62,767 bases of DNA, from contig WQVZ01000002.1 of NCBI GenBank assembly GCA_009785595.1, positions 1 through 62,767 of the forward strand, read 5' to 3'. A model generated the notes under the pieces. It was given only the letters and a program-made list of their open reading frames with translations, was not told where the DNA came from and made no database searches. Every line of letters starts with the position of its first letter. Position 1 is the stretch's first letter. The position numbers and the translations under genes were made by a program. This DNA comes from Defluviitaleaceae bacterium (GTDB taxonomy: Bacteria; Bacillota; Clostridia; Lachnospirales; WRAX01). Below are positions 1 through 8,911 of this stretch, piece after piece.

Positions 1-14
1 AATGGAGCGTGTTA

Positions 15-1811
15 ATGAGCGGATTTTGCGGCTTTACAGGCAACAAATATAATGATGAGGCAAATACCATACTGGGGCGTATGAATGATAAAATAGCCCA
101 CCGTGGGCCGGATGGAGAAGGGTATTTTGTTACAGATGAAATATCACTGGCTTACAGGTGGCTGGCTTTGTCCGGCGAAGGTCAAAACCAACCTGCATCC
201 ACGCCGGATGGTGCGTATACCGTTGTACTTAACGGCACCATATATAATTTTGAACAATTGCGCGGTGATGCCGGTTGCGAGGCGGAACTTCTGCTTAACT
301 TATACCGTCAACATGGCGCAGATATGTTGCCCATGTTGCGTGGCCCCTTTGCTTTTGTGATATACGACCGGGATAAGGGCGAGATTTTTGCCGCACGGGA
401 TTGTTTTGGTATAAAGCCTTTTTATTACGGCATATTTGACGGCCAGTTGCTGTTTGCATCCGAGATAAAGGCCATGATGGAGCATCCCGTATTTGTTAAA
501 GAACTTAATCGGGAAGCCCTGTCGGCATATTTGTCTTTTCAGTATTCTGTACTGCCGGAGACATTTTTTAAGGGGGTATACAGGCTGCCCCCGGCTTATT
601 TTATGCGGTATTGTGATGGAGAAATCACATTACAACGCTGGTGGCAGGCGGACTTTGCGCCGGAGAAAATGCCACTGGCGGAAGTTGTTAACAAAATAGA
701 CGATGTGGTGGGCGAGACCATAGCGACCCATCATATGGGCGATGTAGAAATAGGCACATTTCTGTCCAGCGGGGTGGATAGCAGCCTTATGGCCGCCCGC
801 TTTAATGGCAAAAAAAGCTTTACCGTGGGCTTTAATTATGAAGATTGCAACGAAATTGAGTATGCCCGCAATTTGTCGGCGGATGTGGGGCTTGACCACC
901 ACGCCAAGGCTATCACCGACGAAGAATATTGGGCCGAACTGCCTAAAATTCAATATCATATGGACGAACCCCTGGCAGACCCGGCGGCGGCGGCGTTGTA
1001 TTTTGTCAGCCGTGAAGCCGCCCGCCATGTAAAGGTGGCCTTTAGCGGCGAAGGGGTGGACGAGCTGTTTGGTGGATATAATATTTATCGTGAGCCGCTG
1101 TCATTGCGGCCCATAACTATATTGCCCCGCTTTGTGCGCCGTAGGCTGGCGGCTTTGGCGGCCAAAATGCCTAATTTTAAGGGGCGCAACTTTTTTATAC
1201 GTGCCGGCATGGATGTGGAAGAGCGGTTTATTGGCAATGCCAAGGTGTTTAGCGAAGCCCAACGGGCAAAAATACTGGTGGATGGTGATGTGGGGCCGAA
1301 AAATATGGACATAACCAAACCATATTATGCCCAGGTTAGCCATTGTGATGATGTTACCAAAATGCAATTTTTGGATATGCATTTGTGGGCAACGGGAGAT
1401 ATACTGCTTAAAGCTGACAGGATGACTATGGCCCATTCCTTGGAGGTGCGGTCGCCATACCTGGACATAGAGGTTTTTGCCCTGGCGCGCACATTACCTG
1501 TAAAATACCGCATTGCAAAAAAGACCACAAAGTATGCATTTAGGCTGGCTGCGGCTAGGTATTTAAAGCCACAATGGGCCACAAAGCGCAAGCTGGGTTT
1601 TCCTGTGCCTGTGCGGGCGTGGCTGCGGCAGGATGAATATTATGACATTGTAAAAGCGGCCTTTAACGGCCCAACGGCGGCACGGTTTTTTAGGATAGAT
1701 GAGCTAATGGCCCTGCTGGACGCCCATAAAGAGGGCAAAGCGGATAATGGCCGCAAAGTGTGGGTGGTGTATATGTTTTTGGTGTGGTATGGGCAATATT
1801 TTGGGGAATAA
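15..1811 (+). CDS. asnB: asparagine synthase (glutamine-hydrolysing), AsnB family
   Basis: Full-length ORF. N-terminal class-II amidotransferase motif FCGFTG and a C-terminal synthetase domain (SGGVDSS-like LSSGVDSS). GGAG lies 7 nt before ATG at 15; the ORF track starts at GTG 9. Confidence 0.85.
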   Translation: MSGFCGFTGNKYNDEANTILGRMNDKIAHRGPDGEGYFVTDEISLAYRWLALSGEGQNQPASTPDGAYTVVLNGTIYNFEQLRGDAGCEAELLLNLYRQHGADMLPMLRGPFAFVIYDRDKGEIFAARDCFGIKPFYYGIFDGQLLFASEIKAMMEHPVFVKELNREALSAYLSFQYSVLPETFFKGVYRLPPAYFMRYCDGEITLQRWWQADFAPEKMPLAEVVNKIDDVVGETIATHHMGDVEIGTFLSSGVDSSLMAARFNGKKSFTVGFNYEDCNEIEYARNLSADVGLDHHAKAITDEEYWAELPKIQYHMDEPLADPAAAALYFVSREAARHVKVAFSGEGVDELFGGYNIYREPLSLRPITILPRFVRRRLAALAAKMPNFKGRNFFIRAGMDVEERFIGNAKVFSEAQRAKILVDGDVGPKNMDITKPYYAQVSHCDDVTKMQFLDMHLWATGDILLKADRMTMAHSLEVRSPYLDIEVFALARTLPVKYRIAKKTTKYAFRLAAARYLKPQWATKRKLGFPVPVRAWLRQDEYYDIVKAAFNGPTAARFFRIDELMALLDAHKEGKADNGRKVWVVYMFLVWYGQYFGE

Positions 1812-1818
1812 TGCGATT

Positions 1819-1843
1819 CGGGCGGCAGGATGCCGCCCCTACA
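1819..1843 (-). repeat. REP-like GC hairpin, copy 1 (CGGGCGGCA-GGA-TGCCGCCCCTACA)
   Basis: Perfect 8-bp GC stem plus conserved CCCTACA tail, 8 nt after the asnB stop. No U-tract. Confidence 0.7.
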
Positions 1844-1901
1844 CATGCTTTTAGGGGTGGATTCTATATCCGCCCGCGTGTAAACCAAGGGGGTGATTTA
1901 C

Positions 1902-2429
1902 TTGGCGGATGTTTTTGAAAATTTTATAACGCAACACGAAAAATTAATATATAATATTGCATGGCGTATAATGGGCAATACCGAGGACGCCAAGGATATC
2001 TCCCAGGAGGTTATCATCAAGATATACCGCAACTTTGACACCGGTCTGCGGGCAGAACACGCCAAGGCGTGGGTGGCGCGTATTACCCACAACGCCTGTA
2101 TGGACGAATTGCGGCGGCGTAAAGGCAAGATCACAGAAAGCCTGGATGTGCCCCTGGATGACGATGGCCCCCAGCGGCAGTTTAGCGACCCATCAGACGG
2201 CCCGGAAGCATTGCTTTTGCGCAAAGAGTTGTCGGGGATGATAGGGGATGGCCTGGCCAAACTTTCTGAAGAACACCGTGCCCTTGTTGTGCTGCGGGAT
2301 GTGCAGGGCATGACATATGAAGAAATTGCGGAGATAGCGGAAATACCCATCGGCACGGTAAAGTCCCGCATATCTCGTGGGCGCGGCCAACTTAAAAAGA
2401 TTCTGATAGGAATGATGGAACAAAAATAA
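1902..2429 (+). CDS. ECF-type RNA polymerase sigma factor (sigma-70 family)
   Basis: Region 2 (DISQEVIIKIYRN) and region 4 HTH (MTYEEIAEIAEIPIGTVKSRISRGR) motifs. ORF opens at GTG 1893, but the AAGGGGGTG RBS fits TTG 1902 better. Start uncertain. Confidence 0.8.
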   Translation: MADVFENFITQHEKLIYNIAWRIMGNTEDAKDISQEVIIKIYRNFDTGLRAEHAKAWVARITHNACMDELRRRKGKITESLDVPLDDDGPQRQFSDPSDGPEALLLRKELSGMIGDGLAKLSEEHRALVVLRDVQGMTYEEIAEIAEIPIGTVKSRISRGRGQLKKILIGMMEQK

Positions 2430-2467
2430 GCCATGGGGCGTTTTCTACATACAAGGTGGTGAGAAAG

Positions 2468-3469
2468 ATGATGCAGGACAGGGCGCAAATGTTGTCGCTA
2501 TATATTGACGGAGCTTTAAATGACCAAGAAATGCAGGTTTTTGAGGCTTGGCTTGCTGACGACCCAAACCTGCGACAAGAATTGGAAAATATGCAAATGA
2601 TGCTGGCAGAATTAGCGGAGCTACCACAGATAGATATGCCATCGGACGTGCGACGGAACGCTATGGCAAAAATACAACAAGAACGGCAGGAAAAGCGGCG
2701 CAAAATGCCGAAAATATGGCATTTTGGTGGCTTGGCCGCCGCCGCGGCTGTTGTTGCCATACTTGTTTTTGGTACGGATTTTTGGCCTGATTACGCCAGT
2801 ATTACATCTGTTGTCGATGAAGCTGAGGAAAGAGCAAATTTTCGTATGCCCCATGTTCCCGGAGCGACCGGTGTTGTTCCAAATGCTGCGTTTACTGCGG
2901 AACTGTCTGAATCTGCAATGGATTTTGAAGTTGTCGATTCGGATTTGTCTCTTCAAGCCAGAAGTTACGGCTGGAACATGCATGACATGGATATGGAAAT
3001 GGCAATGAGTGCAACACCCGTTGCCGTTGGCCAGACTTTGGAAGAAATATTTGATGATATGGCACGGCGGCAGGTCTACACGGGTGCGCTCAACAACTTT
3101 ACCTCCACAACGGCCTATCCCCGGCACTTGCCCACGGATAATATAATTTTTCACACGCCGGAGCGTTTTGCAATAAGCTTTGATATCAGAATTGCTGTGG
3201 AGGATGTAAATACGTCCCAAGTGATGGTGGAAGAATTGCCCGGACAAATACGTGATGCCTATGTGATATTTGAAGATAGCGATAGCGGCAGAATATTTGA
3301 AAATTCCATGGCCTTTGATTTTGAGGAGCTGGAGCAAACCTTTATTTCCTTGTATGGGTTGGGCATTGTGGAAGAATATCGCCTTAATGTGACGGACACG
3401 TGGGCCAGCGGTAATGACTGGGAAACAGATGGGGTGGTTAATGTAACCCTGGTGGAAAGCCGCCCTTAG
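2468..3469 (+). CDS. putative anti-sigma factor, single-pass membrane protein
   Basis: Lies immediately downstream of the ECF sigma. N-terminal anti-sigma-like helix (LSLYIDGALNDQEMQVFEAWL), one TM (FGGLAAAAAVVAILVF) and an extracytoplasmic domain. The zinc HxxxCxxC motif is not present. Confidence 0.6.
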   Translation: MMQDRAQMLSLYIDGALNDQEMQVFEAWLADDPNLRQELENMQMMLAELAELPQIDMPSDVRRNAMAKIQQERQEKRRKMPKIWHFGGLAAAAAVVAILVFGTDFWPDYASITSVVDEAEERANFRMPHVPGATGVVPNAAFTAELSESAMDFEVVDSDLSLQARSYGWNMHDMDMEMAMSATPVAVGQTLEEIFDDMARRQVYTGALNNFTSTTAYPRHLPTDNIIFHTPERFAISFDIRIAVEDVNTSQVMVEELPGQIRDAYVIFEDSDSGRIFENSMAFDFEELEQTFISLYGLGIVEEYRLNVTDTWASGNDWETDGVVNVTLVESRP

Positions 3470-3651
3470 CGCGGTTAGCGAAGCATGTAAAAATTTTGTA
3501 AATTGTATTGTATATTTTGGCATTAGGTGGTATAATAGGCTGGACTGGATTCTTTTACGCCCGCTTTTGCTTGCGTCGGCCTGTTTTGGGTTGCGCGGTT
3601 TTGTGGCGTAAAGGGCCATACAAATGAATTTAACAGAATGGATGTGTAGTA

Positions 3652-4671
3652 ATGGCGAAAAAACCGAGGGCAAACAACCAAAACAACACCATGCGCAGTG
3701 TGATAATAATTTTTTCTGCGTTTGTGCTAATTGCCAGCGCCCTGCTTATTTGGAACAACCGCAGCCTTAGCTTTGCGGGAACCATAGACGGTGAGCGCGT
3801 GCCCATGCCCTATTTTAATTTCATGTGGAACAACTGGATGGAACGTATGATGTGGGAATTTCAAATGCCCAATGACGAAGAAAGCCGCGACCTGGCCAAC
3901 ATGATGGCATGGGATGACCTGGTGGATCAAACACTGGTGGTTAACCAAGCGGCAGAGCGGGGCATTAGCCTGACGGACGAAGACAGAGCCCGAGCCGCCG
4001 AAATTGCAGAAAATATGAGGGCTGCGCAAACCTTTGACGATGGCTTTGGCAATACATTTGACGGCATACGAGAAATGGGCTTTACCAATGCCTCCTTCAG
4101 ACGGTTTACAGAGCGCATGGTGCTGCATGATTTGGTCTACACCGATGTGACGGCGGTTATACAACCAAGCGAAGAAGAACTGGCCCAGGCCCTTGCGGAT
4201 TATATGACGGAGCATTTCCTTGATTTCCGCAGCGTGTTTATACATTTAATTGAGGTTCAAACCCAAGAGCAAGCCCAGGGATTTTTTGCCCAAGTTGCAA
4301 CAGGGGCGGACTTTGCAGAGATTATGCGGGAGTACTCTTTGGCATACAACCCGGAATTGCTATCTGTTGATGAGGATGGAGAACTTATTGAGGCCGTACA
4401 CATACATGCCACCAACCTGGCGCATTCCCCAGAGCATTTGGAGATGGCCCATGCAATGGAAGTTGGCTCCATTTCTGATATCATCGAGCTTATAAACGGC
4501 CACTTTGCTTTCTTTGAGGTTGTTAACATCGAAGATACACTGCCCGAGGACATTGAAGACGATTTTAACGAATTCCATATAGAAAACCTACGCAACGAAT
4601 ATTTCCGCAACAGCATCGTAATTTGGCGCGAACACGCGGAAATATCCCAAAACAGACGCCTTTTTAACTAA
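3652..4671 (+). CDS. PrsA/SurA-like peptidylprolyl isomerase (parvulin-type), membrane anchored
   Basis: N-terminal TM, a SurA-N-like region and a degenerate PpiC-type domain (GADFAEIMREYS...GHFAFFEV). Confidence 0.5.
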   Translation: MAKKPRANNQNNTMRSVIIIFSAFVLIASALLIWNNRSLSFAGTIDGERVPMPYFNFMWNNWMERMMWEFQMPNDEESRDLANMMAWDDLVDQTLVVNQAAERGISLTDEDRARAAEIAENMRAAQTFDDGFGNTFDGIREMGFTNASFRRFTERMVLHDLVYTDVTAVIQPSEEELAQALADYMTEHFLDFRSVFIHLIEVQTQEQAQGFFAQVATGADFAEIMREYSLAYNPELLSVDEDGELIEAVHIHATNLAHSPEHLEMAHAMEVGSISDIIELINGHFAFFEVVNIEDTLPEDIEDDFNEFHIENLRNEYFRNSIVIWREHAEISQNRRLFN

Positions 4672-4688
4672 ACATTAATAACTTACAA

Positions 4689-4719
4689 GAGCGGGAGCCT
4701 AACGGGCCCGCTCTTTTTT
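4689..4719 (+). terminator. rho-independent terminator
   Basis: GAGCGGG...CCCGCTC stem followed by TTTTTT. Confidence 0.7.
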
Positions 4720-4804
4720 GGCGCGAATTGTATGTTGCCAACGGATGTGCCGGACGGCCATGCTCATAAAATACGTGGATGGACTGTTCTGCAAAATTTT
4801 TTGC

Positions 4805-4833
4805 TTGACTTATGCTTAGTGCCGTGGTAGAAT
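4805..4833 (+). promoter_or_regulatory. sigma-A type promoter for tRNA-Thr (and thrS)
   Basis: TTGACT, 17 nt, then TGG-TAGAAT (extended -10), 10 nt upstream of the tRNA. Confidence 0.55.
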
Positions 4834-4843
4834 GTTTTTTGTT

Positions 4844-4917
4844 GCTGATATAGCTCAGTAGGTAGAGCGCTTCCTTGGTAAGGAAGAGGTTCCCGGGTTC
4901 GAATCCCGGTATCAGCT
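4844..4917 (+). tRNA. tRNA-Thr (anticodon GGU)
   Basis: Cloverleaf read by eye. Acceptor GCTGATA/TATCAGC, anticodon arm CTTCC-TTGGTAA-GGAAG, T-loop TTCGAAT. No encoded CCA. Confidence 0.85.
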
Positions 4918-4925
4918 TTGTTCTA

Positions 4926-4950
4926 CCCCAAAGTCATTTGGGGTTATTTT
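4926..4950 (+). terminator. weak terminator/attenuator hairpin between tRNA-Thr and thrS
   Basis: CCCCAAA-GTCA-TTTGGGG followed by TTATTTT. Confidence 0.4.
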
Positions 4951-4971
4951 GGTATAAAGAGGTGCGATACT

Positions 4972-6723
4972 ATGGCAAAAGACGGCGTAGATATGGATTA
5001 TATTGAAAAGGCCAGGCATTCTTTGGCCCATGTGTTGGCTCGGGCGGTGTGCGAGCTTTTCGAGGACGTAAAGCTGGGTATTGGCCCGGCCATTGACAAT
5101 GGGTTTTATTATGATTTTGACCTGCCACATGTCATTAAAGAAGAAGATTTTCCTAAAATAGAGCAGCGGATGATGGAGATTATTGCTGCCGATGAAGCTT
5201 TTGCGGGACGTACTTTGGATAAGCCCGAGGAAATTTTTGCTACCGACCCATATAAAATGGAACTTATTGGAGAGTTTCGCCAGCGGGGCGACGAAATTAC
5301 CGCATACGACCTGGGTGGTTTTTGTGACCTTTGTGCCGGCCCCCATGTGGAAAGCACGCGTATGCTGCGCAGCTGGGGTTTTACCATTGCATCCGTGGCG
5401 GGAGCATATTGGCGGGGCAGTTCTGACCGGCCAATGTTGCAGCGCATATATGTGTATGCTTTTCCGTCGCGGCAGGAACTGAAGAAATACCAGCAATTTT
5501 TAGAGGAAGCCAAGAAGCGCGACCATAGAAAACTTGGGCGCGAACTGGATTTGTTTGATGTGTTTGAGGAAGGCCCCGGTTTCCCATTTTATTTCCCCAA
5601 AGGCATGGTGCTTAGAAATGTGCTGGAGGATTTTTGGCGCAAGCGACATACGGAAAGCGGGTATCAGGAAATTAGAACCCCAATTATCTTAAACCGCGAT
5701 TTGTGGCATCGTTCCGGCCATTGGGATCACTACAAAGACAATATGTACACCACGCAGATAGATGAGGCTGATTTTGCTGTCAAACCCATGAATTGCCCCG
5801 GGGCTATGCTTGTTTTTAAGCGCAAGTTGCATTCATATAGGGATTTACCCCAAAGGTTGGGAGAGCTTGGGCTGGTGCACAGGCATGAATTATCCGGCGC
5901 TCTTCACGGTCTTATGCGTGTGCGCAATTTTACCCAAGACGACGCACATATCTTTATGACGCCTGAGCAGGTTAAAGACGAAATAGAGGCCGTTATCAAT
6001 TTGGTTGGCAGTTTTTATACCACATTTGGGCTGGAATATAAGCTGGAGTTGTCTACGAGACCGGAAGATTCCATGGGAACTGATGAGCAATGGAATACGG
6101 CCATAGCTGCCCTAAAAGAAGTGCTGGACAAAAGCGGCAAAGAATATGTTATAAACGAGGGTGACGGGGCTTTTTATGGGCCTAAAATTGATTTTCATAT
6201 TACCGACTGCATTGGCAGAACATGGCAGTGCGCCACTATACAGCTTGACTTTCAAATGCCGGAGCGTTTTAATCTTTCCTACATTGGCGCCGACAACGAA
6301 AAACATCGCCCTGTTATGATCCATCACGTGGTGTTTGGCTCTTTGGAGCGGTTTATGGCTGTAATAACCGAGCATTTTGCCGGCAAATTCCCCTTCTGGC
6401 TGGCCCCTGTGCAGATAGGTGTGGTGCCTGTGCATACTGACCACGAAGGATATGCCCAACAAATTACCGCCCAGTTGCGCGAAGCAGGATATAGGGTAAA
6501 CATAGACACATCCGACGGCACCATGGGCAATAAAATAAAATCCTTCCGCCACGAGATGCTGCCGTATATTGTTATTTTGGGCGAAAAAGAAATGGAGAGC
6601 GGCACAATATCCCTGCGTACTCGCAGCGGTGTGCAAATAAACGGCATTGGGCTGGACGGCTTTATGGCTATGTGCAGCAAAATGGAAAGGGAGTACGCAC
6701 AGGAGCTAATTGAGGAAATTTAG
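4972..6723 (+). CDS. thrS: threonine--tRNA ligase, short form lacking the N-terminal TGS domain
   Basis: Editing-domain HSLAHVLA near the N-terminus, class-II core and anticodon-binding domain. AAAGAGGTG RBS precedes ATG 4972. The ORF-track extension from 4918 overlaps the tRNA. Confidence 0.9.
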   Translation: MAKDGVDMDYIEKARHSLAHVLARAVCELFEDVKLGIGPAIDNGFYYDFDLPHVIKEEDFPKIEQRMMEIIAADEAFAGRTLDKPEEIFATDPYKMELIGEFRQRGDEITAYDLGGFCDLCAGPHVESTRMLRSWGFTIASVAGAYWRGSSDRPMLQRIYVYAFPSRQELKKYQQFLEEAKKRDHRKLGRELDLFDVFEEGPGFPFYFPKGMVLRNVLEDFWRKRHTESGYQEIRTPIILNRDLWHRSGHWDHYKDNMYTTQIDEADFAVKPMNCPGAMLVFKRKLHSYRDLPQRLGELGLVHRHELSGALHGLMRVRNFTQDDAHIFMTPEQVKDEIEAVINLVGSFYTTFGLEYKLELSTRPEDSMGTDEQWNTAIAALKEVLDKSGKEYVINEGDGAFYGPKIDFHITDCIGRTWQCATIQLDFQMPERFNLSYIGADNEKHRPVMIHHVVFGSLERFMAVITEHFAGKFPFWLAPVQIGVVPVHTDHEGYAQQITAQLREAGYRVNIDTSDGTMGNKIKSFRHEMLPYIVILGEKEMESGTISLRTRSGVQINGIGLDGFMAMCSKMEREYAQELIEEI

Positions 6724-6755
6724 ACTTACTAAACCTAAAAAATAGAACAAAAAAA

Positions 6756-6786
6756 ACACGGCCAGCCCTATTGGGTTGGCCGTGTT
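6756..6786. terminator. bidirectional terminator hairpin
   Basis: ACACGGCCAGCCC-TATT-GGGTTGGCCGTGT flanked by an A-run and a T-run, between convergent genes. Confidence 0.6.
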
Positions 6787-6794
6787 TAGGCTTG

Positions 6795-7682
6795 TTATCC
6801 GATTATTTCATGGGTTATAAATTCATTGGTAAAGGCATTGAAAAGATAATTAAAAGGCACACCCAGGCCCAAATCCAAGGTAAAGACATATGCGGGCACG
6901 CCTGTGCTGTTTTCACCATCGCCTATAAGGAAGTAAGCCAGGCGCATGTCTGTTAGTCTGATATGGCCTTCCACACCTGTGCGGTGAAGGTGGTTAAGCA
7001 ATGCCAGCAGTGCTTCGTCTCCGGAGAAAATGCTGTGGGTTTCGCCTGTAAAGCCGTGATGGTAAGTGCGGGAATAAAAGACACTTGTTATGCCGTCGTA
7101 TGTAACCCGCACCCTTATGTGGTCGTTGTACAGCATATAGCCACGATATACGGTAAAGAGGCTGATTATCCAGTTGTTAAGGGGGTCTACTTCGATGGAA
7201 AACCGCTCCATATCCGGCGGCATACCCAGCATCTGCTCTATAAACTCTCTGGCCAGTTGCTCTGCCGTGGCCCCGCCGGGTGATGCGGCAAAGGCTTCGT
7301 TGGTAAAACCACCGGGCATGTAGAATGTAATTGCGTTGTTTAGGTCAGAATGTATCATATATTTGTTAGGTATGCTGTATATCATGTCATGGCCATCTAT
7401 TTCCACATCGGGCTCTTGGTCGCGGCCAAAAAATCTAATAGCCAGCTCTTCACGGTCGTGGGTATAATGGCCCATGGCCAGTTGGCGCATGGGTCTAAAG
7501 TCTCGCACCATATAGCGGGCATCAAAATGTATGTCGTTTTGGGCCAGCAGGCTGATGATGGCTGTTTCCTGGGCACCGGAGAGGGTGTATCTGCTTTCTT
7601 GCACATAAATAAGAACTGCCATAACCAGGGTTATTACACCCAACATTACAATTAATATATTTTTTACCCGTTCTGTGTTCAT
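6795..7682 (-). CDS. YycI-like membrane-anchored regulatory protein (hypothetical)
   Basis: N-terminal signal-anchor (KNILIVMLGVITLVMAVLIY) and a size and pattern recalled from YycI. Start and stop overlap (ATGA) with the upstream gene. Confidence 0.4.
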   Translation of the reverse strand: MNTERVKNILIVMLGVITLVMAVLIYVQESRYTLSGAQETAIISLLAQNDIHFDARYMVRDFRPMRQLAMGHYTHDREELAIRFFGRDQEPDVEIDGHDMIYSIPNKYMIHSDLNNAITFYMPGGFTNEAFAASPGGATAEQLAREFIEQMLGMPPDMERFSIEVDPLNNWIISLFTVYRGYMLYNDHIRVRVTYDGITSVFYSRTYHHGFTGETHSIFSGDEALLALLNHLHRTGVEGHIRLTDMRLAYFLIGDGENSTGVPAYVFTLDLGLGVPFNYLFNAFTNEFITHEIIG

Positions 7683-8827
7683 TGGATGTCCTCCACGAAA
7701 ACAAGCATAAGTCGCCTGTATAGGGTGACGGTGTTGTTTGTTACCTGTATCTCTATGGCGTGGGTCAGGGGATAAAATTCCCGACCTAAATCTACAGGCA
7801 TATTGTTTGCTACATAGTCAAAATAAAAAGTCCATCGTCCGCTGGGGACGTCATAATAATATCCAACGAAGGTTATGTCGTTCATGTTTGTGCCTAGGGC
7901 TTCCAGTGCGTCTTCGTTACGGTTTTTCATATCCAAGGCCGCCAAAAAAGATGTGGTAAAATTGGCAACACCTGTGCCTCGCCCCGGTTGGGTTCTATAA
8001 TCCAATATATTATTGTGATAAAAACGCACCACGCGTGGGCCATGCCTGTAAGTGAAAACATCATTAACAGGCGAGGCTATTATGGCATTGGGGTCGGGGA
8101 AGAAAAAGCGGACAAAGGGCTCCACAGTGGCCAGACGCAATTCGCCTATGGGGCTGGTGTGTGTGTGGGCTGTGGTTTCGGTCCAAACGGGCAAAAGCTC
8201 GGCACCTTCCATCCTGTGCGTTGGTATAAAGCCGTATATGTCAATTTCCTCAAAAAAACCGGCTAGGCTTGCCCGCACATCGCTGTCTTGGGTGGCAAAG
8301 GCGTGAAAACTGCCGTCGGCATGGCTGATAAAGTAAAAAAGGGCACCATCTATTGCCGGGGCAATTACCAGGGCTTCAAAGCTACCAAAAACCCCGGACA
8401 AAAAGCCCTGGCGTTGGCCAAAATGTTCCCTAAAAAAACTTGTGGGCATGGAGAAATTATATTGTACAAAAATACTGGGGCGGCCAAAAATCTCGGCCCA
8501 TGCATCATCGTCAAGCACGCCGCTGTACCTGTGGCTGCCATCACTTATCAATGCGGTAATTGCTTCTTCGGCCAGATGCCAGGAGGTTTCTTCGCTGATA
8601 TTCCCCAGTGTTATATGGTGCATAATACCATCCGGGCTTATGCCAATGCTGGCAGATGTTATCATGTGTCGCGCGCGTGGCTGACCCACTGGGCTGACCG
8701 CCGCGGCCACGGGCGCAGGGAAGAGGCCCTGTATGTCGGTGCCGCCAAACCACAGCCGCACCGTAAGAAAGGCGCAGGCAACCGCCAAAAGGCATATGGC
8801 AATGTTTTTTATTACGGATTTTTTCAT
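7679..8827 (-). CDS. YycH-like membrane-anchored protein (hypothetical)
   Basis: N-terminus MKKSVIKNIAICLLAVACAFLTVRLWFG resembles the YycH anchor. GGGGGTGGTGA RBS precedes ATG 8827. Confidence 0.4.
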   Translation of the reverse strand: MKKSVIKNIAICLLAVACAFLTVRLWFGGTDIQGLFPAPVAAAVSPVGQPRARHMITSASIGISPDGIMHHITLGNISEETSWHLAEEAITALISDGSHRYSGVLDDDAWAEIFGRPSIFVQYNFSMPTSFFREHFGQRQGFLSGVFGSFEALVIAPAIDGALFYFISHADGSFHAFATQDSDVRASLAGFFEEIDIYGFIPTHRMEGAELLPVWTETTAHTHTSPIGELRLATVEPFVRFFFPDPNAIIASPVNDVFTYRHGPRVVRFYHNNILDYRTQPGRGTGVANFTTSFLAALDMKNRNEDALEALGTNMNDITFVGYYYDVPSGRWTFYFDYVANNMPVDLGREFYPLTHAIEIQVTNNTVTLYRRLMLVFVEDIQ

Positions 8828-8911
8828 ATGTATCACCACCCCCATTATACAGGGGTGCGGCGGTTATTTCCATTACATTATGTTTACAATTATGGCCTGG
8901 TGTGTATTGCA

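Noticed and set aside
2621-3673. 350-aa ORF on the minus strand.
   Set aside because: It is antisense to the anti-sigma gene and the prsA-like start. The sequence is low-complexity with no recognisable motifs and no RBS, so it is a shadow ORF.
4918-4971. N-terminal extension of thrS (MFYPKVIWGYFGIKRCDT).
   Set aside because: It overlaps the tRNA-Thr 3' end and the hairpin. ATG 4972 has a proper RBS and matches the ThrRS N2-domain start.
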